Shown here piece by piece: positions 1 to 9,554 of a stretch of 40,000 nucleotides of DNA. The stretch lies in assembly GCA_947569365.1 (NCBI GenBank), contig CANOSM010000004.1, positions 37,261 through 77,260 of the forward strand. The letters are read 5' to 3'. Numbering within the stretch: the stretch's first letter is position 1; each line of letters begins with the position of its first letter. The position numbers were made by a program, and so were the translations under genes. Source of the stretch: an uncultured Clostridium sp. (GTDB taxonomy: Bacteria; Bacillota; Clostridia; TANB77; CAG-508). The notes beneath the pieces were generated by a model. The model was given only the letters and a program-made list of their open reading frames with translations, ran no database searches and had not been told where the DNA came from.

Positions 1-189
1 AAATATGATGAATCAGGAGAAATTACACAATATAGTGTGAGAGATAAGTTCGTATTAGCAGCATTAGATGATAAGGATTATCCAGAGCCAGAGCATCTAC
101 AGGCCGTTTTTAAAACTGCTATAGAAAAAGGAGTAAAAGAACAGATAAGTAGCTTAAAAAATATTGTATCAGAAAATGATGGAAGATAA
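1..189 (+). CDS. 3' end of an unidentified protein-coding gene (partial, runs off the left edge)
   Basis: Frame 1 is open from base 1 to TAA at 187-189 (KYDESGEITQYSV...SENDGR*). 62 aa is too little to assign a family. Confidence 0.4.
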   Translation, partial: KYDESGEITQYSVRDKFVLAALDDKDYPEPEHLQAVFKTAIEKGVKEQISSLKNIVSENDGR

Positions 190-231
190 TAAGTATATAC
201 TAGATTCTAATTTATTTCATATTACTAGTTA

Positions 232-260
232 TTGCAAAAATAAGATGAATATTATATAAT
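232..260 (+). promoter_or_regulatory. sigma-A type promoter candidate for leuS
   Basis: TTGCAA (232-237), 17-nt spacer, TATAAT (255-260). GGGGAG Shine-Dalgarno at about 281-286 precedes the ATG at 293. Confidence 0.5.
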
Positions 261-292
261 TGTTGAAATTCTAATATAAAGGGGAGATACAT

Positions 293-2728
293 ATGTCATA
301 CAATTTTAAAAAGGTCGAGAAAAAATGGCAAGAAAAATGGGAAAAAGAAGGAACATTTAATGCAAAAACAGATTATACAATGCCTAAATGGTATGGACTG
401 ATTGAATTTCCTTATCCATCAGGACAGGGACTTCATGTTGGACATCCAAGAAGTTATACAGCATTAGATATAATTGCAAGAAAAAAGAGAATGCAAGGAT
501 ACAATGTACTCTATCCTATAGGATTTGATGCGTTTGGATTACCAGCTGAAAATTATGCTATTAAAAATCATGTACATCCAAGAATAACAACTGAAAATAA
601 TATTAAACATTTTAAAGAGCAACTAAAATCTGTTGGTTTTTCATTTGATTGGTCAAGAGAAGTAAATACAACAGATCCAAATTATTATAAATGGACTCAA
701 TGGATTTTTATTAAGTTATATAAGAAGGGATTAGCATATAAAGCTACTATGCCAATAAACTTTTGTACAGGGTGTAAAGTAGGACTTGCAAATGAAGAAG
801 TTGTAAATGGAGTTTGCGAAAGATGTGGAAGTCCTGTTGTACAAAAAGAAAAAAGTCAATGGATGCTTAAAATAACAGAGTATGCTCAAAGATTAATAGA
901 TGATTTAGATGATATTGAATTTCTAGACAAAATAAAAACTCAACAAAAAAATTGGATAGGAAGAAGTGAAGGAGCAGAAGTAGAATTTAAAATAGCAAAT
1001 ACTGATGAAAAATTAGTAGTATATACTACAAGACCTGATACTATTTTTGGTGCAACTTATATGGTTATTGCTCCAGAACATAAACTTATAGAAAAATATA
1101 AAGATAAAATTACTAATTTACATGAAGTGGAAGATTATAAGAAAAAAGCAGCTCTTAAATCAGATTTTGAACGTTCAGAATTAAATAAAGAGAAAACAGG
1201 TGTAGAAATAAAAGGAATTAAAGCCATAAATCCGTTAACGAATGAAGAAATTCCTATATGGATTTCTGATTATGTATTATCTACATATGGAACAGGAGCT
1301 ATTATGGCAGTTCCTGCTCATGATGATAGAGATTTTGAGTTTGCTAAAAAATTTAATTTACCTATAAAACAGGTTGTTGCACCAAAAGACCTTGATGTAA
1401 CAAATACATCAGAATATGATAGTGAAAAAGCTTTTACAGACGTAGAAAATGGAATTTCTATAAATTCAGGATTTTTAACAGGACTAGATACTAATACTGC
1501 AAAGGCAAAAGCTATTGAATATATTGAAAATAATAAATTAGGAACTAAAAAAGTAAATTATAAACTTCGTGATTGGGTATTTTCTCGTCAAAGATACTGG
1601 GGAGAACCAATACCAATGGTATATTGCAATGATTGTGGATGGAATCCAATAAAAGAGGAAGAACTACCACTTGTACTTCCTGAAATAGAAGATTATGAAC
1701 CAGGAGAAAATGGAGAATCTCCACTTGCAAAACTTACAGAATGGATTAAGACAAAATGTCCATGCTGTGGAAAAGATGCAAAAAGAGAAACTGATACAAT
1801 GCCACAATGGGCAGGGTCTTCATGGTATTTTTTAAGATATACTGATCCACATAATGATAAAGCTTTAGCTTCAAAAGAGGCACTAGATTATTGGACACCA
1901 ATAGATTGGTATAATGGAGGAATGGAGCATACAACACTTCACTTATTATACTCAAGATTTTGGCATAAGTTTTTATACGATATAGGAGTAGTTCCTACTA
2001 AAGAGCCATATCAAAAACGTACTTCACATGGTATGATTTTAGGTGGTAATGGTGAAAAAATGTCTAAATCTAAAGGAAATGTAATAAATCCAGATGATAT
2101 AATAGAAGAATTTGGAGCAGATAGTTTTAGAGTATATGAAATGTTTATGGGACCATTTGATCAAACGGCTCCATGGTCTATGGAAAGTATAAGAGGATGT
2201 AGTAAATTCTTAGATAGAGTATGGAATTTAAAAGACATTATGATAGAAGGAAATACATATTCTGAAAAATTTGAAAAAATGATGCATAAGGCTATAAAGA
2301 AAGTAACAACAGATATAGAAGAAATGAAATTTAATACTGCTGTTGCGACATTTATGACTATGGTAAATGAATTTTATAAAGAAAAACAAATTAATAGAGC
2401 AGAGTACAAAACATTTTTACAATTATTAAATCCTTTTGCACCACATATGACAGAAGAACTATTTAAAGAAATTGGAGGAGAAAAAGAAATATCAAATACT
2501 CCATGGCCAACATATGATGAAAGTAAAACTATAGATGATGAAATAGAAATTCCAGTACAAATAAATGGAAAAGTAAAAACTACTGTAAAAATAAATAAGG
2601 GTGCAGAGGAATCAGAAGTAAAAGAATTAATTATGAATAATAATTCTGTAAAAGGATTAATAAGTGGTAAAACAGTAGTAAAAGAGATTTATGTAAAAGG
2701 AAAAATATTTAATATAGTTATAAAATAA
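293..2728 (+). CDS. leuS: leucine--tRNA ligase
   Basis: 811-aa ORF with class I HIGH motif (HVGHPRSY), KMSKS motif ([10 protein letters not shown]), an editing-domain insertion and zinc-type CxxC pairs. Full-length bacterial LeuRS architecture. Confidence 0.97.
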   Translation: MSYNFKKVEKKWQEKWEKEGTFNAKTDYTMPKWYGLIEFPYPSGQGLHVGHPRSYTALDIIARKKRMQGYNVLYPIGFDAFGLPAENYAIKNHVHPRITTENNIKHFKEQLKSVGFSFDWSREVNTTDPNYYKWTQWIFIKLYKKGLAYKATMPINFCTGCKVGLANEEVVNGVCERCGSPVVQKEKSQWMLKITEYAQRLIDDLDDIEFLDKIKTQQKNWIGRSEGAEVEFKIANTDEKLVVYTTRPDTIFGATYMVIAPEHKLIEKYKDKITNLHEVEDYKKKAALKSDFERSELNKEKTGVEIKGIKAINPLTNEEIPIWISDYVLSTYGTGAIMAVPAHDDRDFEFAKKFNLPIKQVVAPKDLDVTNTSEYDSEKAFTDVENGISINSGFLTGLDTNTAKAKAIEYIENNKLGTKKVNYKLRDWVFSRQRYWGEPIPMVYCNDCGWNPIKEEELPLVLPEIEDYEPGENGESPLAKLTEWIKTKCPCCGKDAKRETDTMPQWAGSSWYFLRYTDPHNDKALASKEALDYWTPIDWYNGGMEHTTLHLLYSRFWHKFLYDIGVVPTKEPYQKRTSHGMILGGNGEKMSKSKGNVINPDDIIEEFGADSFRVYEMFMGPFDQTAPWSMESIRGCSKFLDRVWNLKDIMIEGNTYSEKFEKMMHKAIKKVTTDIEEMKFNTAVATFMTMVNEFYKEKQINRAEYKTFLQLLNPFAPHMTEELFKEIGGEKEISNTPWPTYDESKTIDDEIEIPVQINGKVKTTVKINKGAEESEVKELIMNNNSVKGLISGKTVVKEIYVKGKIFNIVIK

Positions 2729-2752
2729 TTTTAAAAATTAATTTATAGAGAA

Positions 2753-2786
2753 ATAAGGCTAGTTATAAAAACTGCCTTATTTTTAT
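2753..2786 (+). terminator. rho-independent terminator candidate after leuS
   Basis: ATAAGGC (2753-2759) pairs with GCCTTAT (2774-2780) and is followed by TTTTAT. Confidence 0.55.
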
Positions 2787-2877
2787 AAAAAAATAAATAA
2801 TTTTGGAATAAATTTAAGATTCAATCATATAAATATAAATAGGAACATGTTAACCAATATTCATAGGAGGTATCCAT

Positions 2878-3102
2878 ATGAAGGCATTAACACTTTATCC
2901 ACCTGAAGAACTCTATGTACGGTATTTATTTAAATCAGTACAGAATTATGGAGTTATAAATTGTGATTTAGAAACATTTACTAAATTGTACAATGAATGG
3001 TGTGAAAAAAATCTTTCTGGAAATTCTGGAAAAGTGCTACAGATGTTTGAAACGCTTATGCTGGAAAACTTTATTGAGTATTTAGCAAGTACAGACATCT
3101 AA
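2878..3102 (+). CDS. hypothetical small protein (74 aa)
   Basis: ORF with a strong SD (AGGAGG) 7 nt upstream of the ATG. No recognisable motif. Contains an in-frame CGG (GTA-CGG-TAT) read as Arg. Confidence 0.45.
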   Translation: MKALTLYPPEELYVRYLFKSVQNYGVINCDLETFTKLYNEWCEKNLSGNSGKVLQMFETLMLENFIEYLASTDI

Positions 3103-3113
3103 AGCAAGATGCG

Positions 3114-3155
3114 GAGTAGTTGAAATAATCAATATTTTAACTACTCTGTGTTGTT
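3114..3155 (+). terminator. hairpin terminator candidate after the 74-aa ORF
   Basis: GAGTAGTT (3114-3121) pairs with AACTACTC (3139-3146), followed by a T/G-rich tail. Confidence 0.4.
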
Positions 3156-3208
3156 AATAAGAATATTATTAAATAATAATATTATAAAAAAAAATATATA
3201 TACAAACA

Positions 3209-3231
3209 AGACAGGTAATAGAAACCTGTCT
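3209..3231 (-). terminator. hairpin terminator candidate after the GNAT gene (possibly bidirectional)
   Basis: AGACAGGT (3209-3216) pairs with ACCTGTCT (3224-3231), 10 nt past the minus-strand stop at 3242. There are T-rich flanks on both strands. Confidence 0.45.
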
Positions 3232-3241
3232 CATTCTTTTC

Positions 3242-3703
3242 TCAAAACTTAATTGTGTAAACATTATTATGATCTTTTTCTGGATTGTATTTTTTTATAA
3301 CCTTCAAAGAATTAGTATTACTAGGCTCAATAAGCAAAATACCTTGATTAACTTCAGGATAATGCTTTTTCACAAATTGTAAGAGCCCCTCCAAAGACTC
3401 TGCTGCATAACCACTACGTCTATATTCTCTTCTTATAACATATTCAATCATTACATCTGTTGGAGGCATCATATAATAGCTTATAAAACCTACCATATAC
3501 TCCTTGTATAAAATTGCGAAGATTATATCTAGTTCACAAAGGTTTAGACAATCAGCTTCAAAAAAATCAGCTATTTCATCAGGAGTATTTCCAATATCAA
3601 AGTACCTTTTTACGTCCTTATCTAAGCAAATGTTTACAAATTCATTTTTATCCTCTTTTGTAAATGGTCGCATCTGCAACCGTTCAGTTTCAAAGTTAAA
3701 CAT
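3242..3703 (-). CDS. GNAT family N-acetyltransferase (RimJ/RimL-like)
   Basis: N-terminal TERLQMRPF motif typical of Acetyltransf_3 members. YRRSGYAAESL resembles the acetyl-CoA binding R/Q-x-x-G-x-A segment. 153 aa. Confidence 0.8.
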   Translation of the reverse strand: MFNFETERLQMRPFTKEDKNEFVNICLDKDVKRYFDIGNTPDEIADFFEADCLNLCELDIIFAILYKEYMVGFISYYMMPPTDVMIEYVIRREYRRSGYAAESLEGLLQFVKKHYPEVNQGILLIEPSNTNSLKVIKKYNPEKDHNNVYTIKF

Positions 3704-3775
3704 AACTTCTACCTCTCTTTCATAATATAAGTTAACTTATATTATAACAGATTATGTGAATATTGTAAAATTTAT

Positions 3776-4162
3776 CTATTGTTTTTTAATTTTTGGCTTA
3801 GATACTAATGATGCAATATATCCAAAGAAGATAGCTGCTGCAATTCCACCAGCACAAGCTTTAATTCCTCCTGTAAAAGCTCCAATAAATCCAGATTGTT
3901 TAACTTCTTCTATAACACCTTTTGATAGATTATAACCAAATCCAGTAAGTGGAACAGTTGCACCAGCACCTGCAAAATCTACTAAATATTGATATATTCC
4001 GAGTCCACCGAGTATTGCTCCCACAGTAACGTATAATACAAGAATTCTAGCAGAAGTCATTTTTGTTTTATCAATTAATATTTGTGCAATAACGCATAAT
4101 AGTCCACCTACTATAAAAGCATATAAAATAGTAATCCATTTTATATTTTGAAAAAATTCCAT
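3776..4162 (-). CDS. spoVAE: stage V sporulation protein AE (SpoVAEB-type)
   Basis: 128-aa polytopic membrane protein with FAGAGATVPLTGFG and GGIAAA segments characteristic of SpoVAC/SpoVAE paralogs. It is the last gene of the spoVAC-AD-AE order. Confidence 0.85.
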   Translation of the reverse strand: MEFFQNIKWITILYAFIVGGLLCVIAQILIDKTKMTSARILVLYVTVGAILGGLGIYQYLVDFAGAGATVPLTGFGYNLSKGVIEEVKQSGFIGAFTGGIKACAGGIAAAIFFGYIASLVSKPKIKKQ

Positions 4163-4178
4163 AATACACCTCTAAAAA

Positions 4179-5183
4179 TTATATTTCTATACTAACAGCA
4201 TGAGCTATTCCTGGTATACTTTCTCCTTGTTGAGCAGTAGTAGAGTTAGTTAAAGCACCAGTTGCTATTAATAATATTTTTTTAAGTTTTTTGTCTTTAA
4301 GTTTCTTAAATAAATGTCCTGAAAATACAGATGCACAACATGCACATCCAGAACCTCCTGAATGAGTGTCTTGTGATTCTTTATCAAATATTAATACACC
4401 ACAATCGTTATAATTATTTTTTATATTATAACCTTTTGATTTTGTCATTTCGATAACTATTTCTTTTCCAATGTAACCCAAATCTCCAGTAAAAATGCCG
4501 TCATAATAATTAGGACTTCTACCAGTATCTTTAAAATGTGCTACCATAGTATCAATTGCTGCAGGAGCCATAGCTGCTCCCATGCTATTTGCATCTTTGA
4601 TACCCATATCAACAATCTTTCCTGGAGTGAAATGAGTTATATAAGGTCCAGTTCCAGATTTAGAAAGTATACAAGCACCACTTCCAGTTACAGTCCACTG
4701 AGCAGCAGGTGGTCTTTGATTTCCAAGTTCTAGAGGAAACCTAAATTGTTTTTCAGCACTACAAAAATGACTAGATGCAGCACACAAAACATTTTCAAAG
4801 AAATTACCATCTACACCCATTGATCCTAATATTAAACCTTCAACAAATGTAGAGCAAGCACCAAATATTCCAAAATAAGGTACATTAACTTCACGAAGTC
4901 CAAAACTTGAAGATATACATTGGTTTAATAAATCACCAGCATAACATGCATCTATCTTATTTGATGGTATACCTGATTTTGCAATTACAGTATCTACTGT
5001 ATCTTTTATAAATCTACTTTCTGCTTTTTCCCAAGAAGATTCACCATAAAATTCATCTTCTACACATTTATCAAAGTCCTTAGCAAGAGGACCGCTAGAT
5101 TCTTTTGGACCAACTATACAAGCTGTTTCTAAAATTGTTACAGGATTTTCAATTCTGTATGTTTGATTTCCAACTTTTTTCAT
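4179..5183 (-). CDS. spoVAD: stage V sporulation protein AD
   Basis: 334 aa with GPKESSGPL, GDLLNQ, FGACST, EKQFRFP, AAQWTVTGSGA, MGAAMAPAA, HSGGSGCAC and GIAHAVSIE. This is the thiolase-like SpoVAD signature. Confidence 0.92.
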   Translation of the reverse strand: MKKVGNQTYRIENPVTILETACIVGPKESSGPLAKDFDKCVEDEFYGESSWEKAESRFIKDTVDTVIAKSGIPSNKIDACYAGDLLNQCISSSFGLREVNVPYFGIFGACSTFVEGLILGSMGVDGNFFENVLCAASSHFCSAEKQFRFPLELGNQRPPAAQWTVTGSGACILSKSGTGPYITHFTPGKIVDMGIKDANSMGAAMAPAAIDTMVAHFKDTGRSPNYYDGIFTGDLGYIGKEIVIEMTKSKGYNIKNNYNDCGVLIFDKESQDTHSGGSGCACCASVFSGHLFKKLKDKKLKKILLIATGALTNSTTAQQGESIPGIAHAVSIEI

Positions 5184-5200
5184 TTTTTACCTCCATAATT

Positions 5201-5666
5201 TTATATAAAACCAAGATATTGAACATTAAATAACATATATACAAGACCAACTAAAATAGAAGCAGATATTCCATAAACTAAAACTGGTCCTGCAACAGTA
5301 AACATTTTTGCACCAACTCCCATTACATATCCTTCTGATTTGTATTCCATAGCAGGAGATATAATAGAATTAGCAAATCCTGTAATTGGAACTAAACTTC
5401 CGAGCACCTGCAAATTTTCCAATTCTATTGAAAAGGTTTAGTGCTGTTAAAAAGGCACTTATAAAAATCAAAGAAATTGATACAACAGTTCCAGATAAAG
5501 AAGTCGAAAGACCTCTAAACTTACAATATTCTGATATTATTTCACCAATTGTGCAAATTAATCCTCCAACCCAAAAAGCATTAAAGCAATTTTTTAATAT
5601 AGGAGAATTTGGTGACTTCTTATCAACATAATCTTGATAACTTTTTTTTGTTTCTAAAGGATCCAT
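5201..5666 (-). CDS. spoVAC: stage V sporulation protein AC, reading frame broken by one extra nucleotide (pseudogene or +1 recoded)
   Basis: The ATG at 5666-5664 is preceded by a GGAGG SD. The N-terminal part (...NRIGKFAGA) and the C-terminal part (GSLVPITGFANS...) lie in two frames that join exactly if the C at 5402 (minus strand) is skipped, at GCT-C-GGA. The total of 466 nt equals 3n+1. The joined FAGAGS-VP-TGFANS matches the SpoVAC consensus I recall. Confidence 0.85.
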
Positions 5667-5689
5667 AATTACCTCCAATTTTTTATTTT

Positions 5690-5718
5690 TATTATGTGTA
5701 AAAAAACGGCAATTATGC
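5690..5718 (-). promoter_or_regulatory. forespore sigma-G/sigma-F type promoter candidate for the spoVA operon
   Basis: On the minus strand: GCATA (5718-5714), 17-nt spacer, CATAATA (5696-5690). This matches GHATR-N17/18-CATXHTA. The spoVA operon is sigma-G dependent in Bacillus. Confidence 0.4.
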
Positions 5719-5782
5719 AAAAAATTAAGAAAAATCATTATTGCATTTCTATTACATTTGATTAACACTTCTGTTAAAAATA

Positions 5783-5811
5783 TTGACTTTTAGTATAAGA
5801 ATATGTAAATT
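5783..5811 (+). promoter_or_regulatory. sigma-A type promoter candidate for the pilus cluster
   Basis: TTGACT (5783-5788), 17-nt spacer, TAAATT (5806-5811) with TG immediately upstream. Confidence 0.35.
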
Positions 5812-5893
5812 TAAAAGTATAAAAGGAGATTATTATGAGGATTTTATGCGAATGAAATCTAAATAATGAAAAAGATGACGAAGGAGTAAACTG

Positions 5894-7528
5894 ATGCAGA
5901 GCTGTTTAGGTATTTATATAGACAATTCAATGATAAAATATTCTAAAATAAGCAAAGAAAAAGAGAATATAAAAATTGAATCTTCAGGAATCAGATTCTA
6001 TGATGAAAATATTTCAACTACACTAAATCAAATAGTCCAAGAAACAAATAGTCAAAAATTACCAATAGCTATAAATATTTCTGACGAAAGTTATGACTAT
6101 ATAGATGTTTTTTCACTATTAAATAAAAGTGATATAAAAAAATCTATAGATATTGAATTTGAAATGCTTTGCAACGAAAGAGGATATGATAGAAAGCTTT
6201 TTGAAAATAGATATATCTTATCTGTAAATAGAAATAATACTGATAAAATGAGAGCATTAAATGTATCTGTCATGAAAAATAGCCTAATTGAGAAAACAAG
6301 ACCTTTTGAAAAATTAAAATTAAATTGTGCATCTCCAATGTCAACTAGCATAGTAAACCTTTTAGACATGAATTCAAGACCAAATGCAATAATAGTAAAC
6401 ATAGAAGAAACAACTACTGTAACAGTTGTAATGAATGGTGTTATAGAAGATGTTGTGAAGATAAATGATGGAATGAAGGATATTTTAGATAAGATATCTG
6501 AAAGCGAAAATTCTATGACTAAAGCATATGAAATATGCAAAAATACTACTATTTCAACACAAGAAACAGGAATAAGTGATAGTGATGAATACTTAGAAAT
6601 AATCATGCCAACTATATATAAAATAGTTAATGAAGTAAAAAGAATAGAAGAGAATGTAGTAGGAAGAGTAGACAATATTTATCTTACAGGTTCAGGTATT
6701 TCAATAAATAATATTGATTTATATTTTCAAAATTATTTTGAAGATACACATTGTGAAATGTTAAAACCAAGTTTTTTAAAAGCAAGTTCTTTAAAGTTTC
6801 CACTAAAAGAATATATGGAAGTAAATTCAGCTACAGCTTTAGCAATAGAAGGTGTTGGTGCTGGAACTCCAGAACTAAATTTCAGAAGTGGTTTAAGTAC
6901 AGTAGGTTCAGGGACAAAAAAGAATATTGGAAAATTAGAAATAACAGGAATACCTGAATTAAAAATACCTAATATAGGGATAACATCTCAAAATGGAAAT
7001 AAAAATTTAGAAGAATGGGATTCTAAAGAAAAATTAATGTTTAGAATACTAGTTACTATTCTTATTTTTACTTTAGGATATACTATTATATCAAATTTAG
7101 TAAAAAGAGATTTAGTAAAAGCAAATGAGGCATTAGCTACAGAAACAACTACTGTGGAGAGAGCTGTAACAGATATAACTAGTGATATAGATTCTCTACA
7201 ATCAGCATCTGATGATTATAAAGAAAAATACAATAGATTAATAGGAGTAGAACCTGAAGGTACAGAAAGTGAAATTTTAAAAGGTGCTATTCCACAATTC
7301 TTACAACAAGTTATGTATTCTGTACCAGCTGAGGTAATATTAGTATCAATAGAAAACACATCAGGAAACCAAATGTCTATTGTAGCAAAATCACAAGATT
7401 ATGAGCAACTAGGTTTATTTAAAGTTATGTTATATGCAGATGGAATATTAACAAATGTAACATCAACAAGTAGTTATAAAGAAGATAAAGATATCTATGT
7501 AACAATAATAGGAAATTTACCAAAGTAG
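5894..7528 (+). CDS. pilM: type IV pilus assembly protein, PilM-PilN fusion
   Basis: The N-terminal ~340 aa looks like an actin-like ATPase fold (CLGIYIDNSMIKYSKI start, LTGSGISINNI). It is followed by one TM helix (LMFRILVTILIFTLGYTIISNLV) and a coiled-coil/periplasmic-type domain as in PilN. It sits at the head of the pil cluster. Confidence 0.7.
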   Translation: MQSCLGIYIDNSMIKYSKISKEKENIKIESSGIRFYDENISTTLNQIVQETNSQKLPIAINISDESYDYIDVFSLLNKSDIKKSIDIEFEMLCNERGYDRKLFENRYILSVNRNNTDKMRALNVSVMKNSLIEKTRPFEKLKLNCASPMSTSIVNLLDMNSRPNAIIVNIEETTTVTVVMNGVIEDVVKINDGMKDILDKISESENSMTKAYEICKNTTISTQETGISDSDEYLEIIMPTIYKIVNEVKRIEENVVGRVDNIYLTGSGISINNIDLYFQNYFEDTHCEMLKPSFLKASSLKFPLKEYMEVNSATALAIEGVGAGTPELNFRSGLSTVGSGTKKNIGKLEITGIPELKIPNIGITSQNGNKNLEEWDSKEKLMFRILVTILIFTLGYTIISNLVKRDLVKANEALATETTTVERAVTDITSDIDSLQSASDDYKEKYNRLIGVEPEGTESEILKGAIPQFLQQVMYSVPAEVILVSIENTSGNQMSIVAKSQDYEQLGLFKVMLYADGILTNVTSTSSYKEDKDIYVTIIGNLPK

Positions 7529-7553
7529 GATTATAAATAAGGAGTTTTGCAAA

Positions 7554-8315
7554 ATGAGAAAAATCGTTTTAGGAGTTTTAATTGTAATAACATGTGCTTT
7601 TACTGCTAAATTATTTATATCTGGTTTTTTCGGAATAGATAGTATGGCTACTTTAGAGGAAAAGAAAGATGAATATGAAGAAAAAGCAGAAAAACTAGAA
7701 AAACAGAAAGAAACTTTTAATAAAGATAAAAATATATTAACAGTAACACTAAATAACTATAATGATAGTAAAACATCGTATGAGAGTATGCTTGGACTTT
7801 CTTCACCAGAAGAACAAAAACAAGCCAATCTTGGAAATTATTATGATTTAGAATATTTATGGACTGTTATAGGTACTCATGCAGTAAAAGAAGGAGTAAA
7901 ACTTGGAATTGTATTTACAACAAGTTCAAAAGTACCAGATAATGAAGAATCTATATATGCAAACATAAACTTTACAGTAATTGGTGAGTATAGACCAATT
8001 AGTGAATTTATAGAAAAATGTGAAAATGATTCAAATTTACAATTTTCAATAAGCTCATTTAAAATTGTACCTTATGAAAAAATGGCTGATGATGATGCAT
8101 TACAAGTAGCAAATTATCTTCAAGCCACTTTCACAGTAAAAGATGTACCACTTTCAGCAGATACAATACAATTAATAAATAATAAAGTAGAAGATAGTGC
8201 AGAGTTACAAATGAATTTAAAACCAGAAAATAACAATGACAATAATAATTCTACTAACACAGAAAGTAGTAATAATAGTGATAACAACAATAACAGTATA
8301 GTAAATAATAATTAG
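7554..8315 (+). CDS. pilO: PilO-like type IV pilus biogenesis protein with an Asn-rich tail
   Basis: N-terminal TM helix, then a charged coiled coil (EEKKDEYEEKAEKLEKQKE), then a globular domain. Positioned directly after pilMN. The C-terminus is N/S/D low complexity. Confidence 0.5.
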   Translation: MRKIVLGVLIVITCAFTAKLFISGFFGIDSMATLEEKKDEYEEKAEKLEKQKETFNKDKNILTVTLNNYNDSKTSYESMLGLSSPEEQKQANLGNYYDLEYLWTVIGTHAVKEGVKLGIVFTTSSKVPDNEESIYANINFTVIGEYRPISEFIEKCENDSNLQFSISSFKIVPYEKMADDDALQVANYLQATFTVKDVPLSADTIQLINNKVEDSAELQMNLKPENNNDNNNSTNTESSNNSDNNNNSIVNNN

Positions 8316-8346
8316 TAAAATTTAAGAATGTATAAAAGGAGCAAAT

Positions 8347-8994
8347 ATGAGATCTTTTGTTAAAGAAGTAGTTAGTATGACATTTATATCAATAGCTGTA
8401 ATATTAATATTAGTATTAGTATTTTATGATTATTTAAAATTAGATACTGAAGCAAATATGGAAACTGAATATTCAAGAAGTGAAGACGTTAGTGCAGCAC
8501 TGGCAGATGATACTCAATCAAATCAAGTTATAGCATCTTTTTCAAAAAGTTTATATAGCTTAGACTCATCTGATATATCTAGTTATATAAGAGATGGGAT
8601 TATGGAAAGAGGAAAAAAACATCCATTTTCTGATATAAATGATGATTCATATGATGGAGTTAATGCAATTAATAATAATATAGTAGATCCAAATGCTACA
8701 ACAGTACCAGTAACAACACCTGGTACAACAACGACAACAGTACCAGTAACAATGCCTACTACAAACCAAACTACAAATCAAAATACAACTTCAGGAAATA
8801 CTGTAGGAACATCTGGAAATAGAAGTAATACTACAAATGGAAATTCCACAACTCAAAGCAGATCTACATCATATAGTAGTGATACTTCAGAGAGTTCAGA
8901 TTCAGTAAATACAGGGAAATCATCAGGAAATAATAGTAAAACAAAAAAGAAGAAAAATACAAAACCTTTTTTTGATGATGGAACATCAAAATAG
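8347..8994 (+). CDS. membrane-anchored T/S/N-rich protein of unknown function within the pilus cluster
   Basis: Single N-terminal TM (FISIAVILILVLVFY). Long Thr/Pro/Asn/Ser tract (TTVPVTTPGTTTTTVPVTMPTTNQTTNQ...) and a basic KTKKKKNTK tail. No prepilin leader. Confidence 0.5.
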   Translation: MRSFVKEVVSMTFISIAVILILVLVFYDYLKLDTEANMETEYSRSEDVSAALADDTQSNQVIASFSKSLYSLDSSDISSYIRDGIMERGKKHPFSDINDDSYDGVNAINNNIVDPNATTVPVTTPGTTTTTVPVTMPTTNQTTNQNTTSGNTVGTSGNRSNTTNGNSTTQSRSTSYSSDTSESSDSVNTGKSSGNNSKTKKKKNTKPFFDDGTSK

Positions 8995-9019
8995 GTAAAA
9001 ATAAAAAGGAGGACATAAA

Positions 9020-9475
9020 ATGCTAAAAAGCCAGAAAGGTATAACATTAGTAGCTTTAGTTATAACTATAATAGTATTAATAATATTAGCTGGAGTTACA
9101 GTTTCTATGGTAGTAGCACCAGATGGACCAATAAAAAGAGCACAAGAAAGTAAAGAAGCAGTAAATAAAAGTGATGTTCAAGAACAAATTTCTATGGCTA
9201 TATCAAATATGGTTGTTAAATATTATGAAGAGGGTGCACCAGAAGTCAAATTAAATAACCAAACAAGTAATAGTGAAAACATTCCTTCTTTAGGAGGATA
9301 TTTATATAATGATATTAATTCAGAAAATAGTAAAATAAATGCAGCACTTCCTGCAGGATATAATATCAAAAGTGCTACAATTGAAGAAGCTAAAGTAATT
9401 ATGAATGTTGAAGTTAAGGGAAATTCTTATAAAGCAATTTATGATGCTGTAGAGCAAAATGTAGTAGTAGAATAA
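9020..9475 (+). CDS. pilA: type IV (pseudo)pilin, probable major pilin
   Basis: Short basic leader ending in Gly (MLKSQKG) followed by a ~22-aa hydrophobic helix (ITLVALVITIIVLIILAGVTV). Strong SD, 151 aa, with its own downstream hairpin. Position +5 is Ala rather than Glu. Confidence 0.75.
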   Translation: MLKSQKGITLVALVITIIVLIILAGVTVSMVVAPDGPIKRAQESKEAVNKSDVQEQISMAISNMVVKYYEEGAPEVKLNNQTSNSENIPSLGGYLYNDINSENSKINAALPAGYNIKSATIEEAKVIMNVEVKGNSYKAIYDAVEQNVVVE

Positions 9476-9482
9476 TATAAAA

Positions 9483-9519
9483 AGAGCATATGCAATGCTT
9501 ATACATATGTTCTTTTTTA
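9483..9519 (+). terminator. hairpin terminator/attenuator after the pilin gene
   Basis: GAGCATATG (9484-9492) pairs with CATATGTTC (9504-9512, one G:U) and is followed by TTTTTT. Confidence 0.55.
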
Positions 9520-9554
9520 ATAAAAAATAAATAGAAAAAAGGAAAGCTATATTA

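Noticed and set aside
190-292. Looked for a T-box leader upstream of leuS, which is common in Firmicutes
   Set aside because: Only about 100 nt separate the upstream stop from the leuS ATG, and about 30 nt follow the promoter candidate. There is no specifier hairpin or T-box (AGGGUGGNACCGCG-like) sequence, so no riboswitch is called.
1545-1955. Two antisense ORFs (61 and 69 aa) inside leuS
   Set aside because: They lie entirely within a strongly supported leuS coding region on the opposite strand. They have no SD and their composition is low-complexity, as expected for antisense reading of AT-rich codons.
5769-5893. Looked for a c-di-GMP riboswitch ahead of the pilus operon, as in C. difficile pilA1
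   Set aside because: The region is about 125 nt of almost pure A/T with no GC-paired helices, and nothing resembles the GEMM-I or GEMM-II cores.
6097-6675. 192-aa minus-strand ORF inside pilMN
   Set aside because: It is the antisense of a supported gene. Its S/F/I/L-rich composition is an artefact of the AAR/GAA-rich sense strand. It has no start context.
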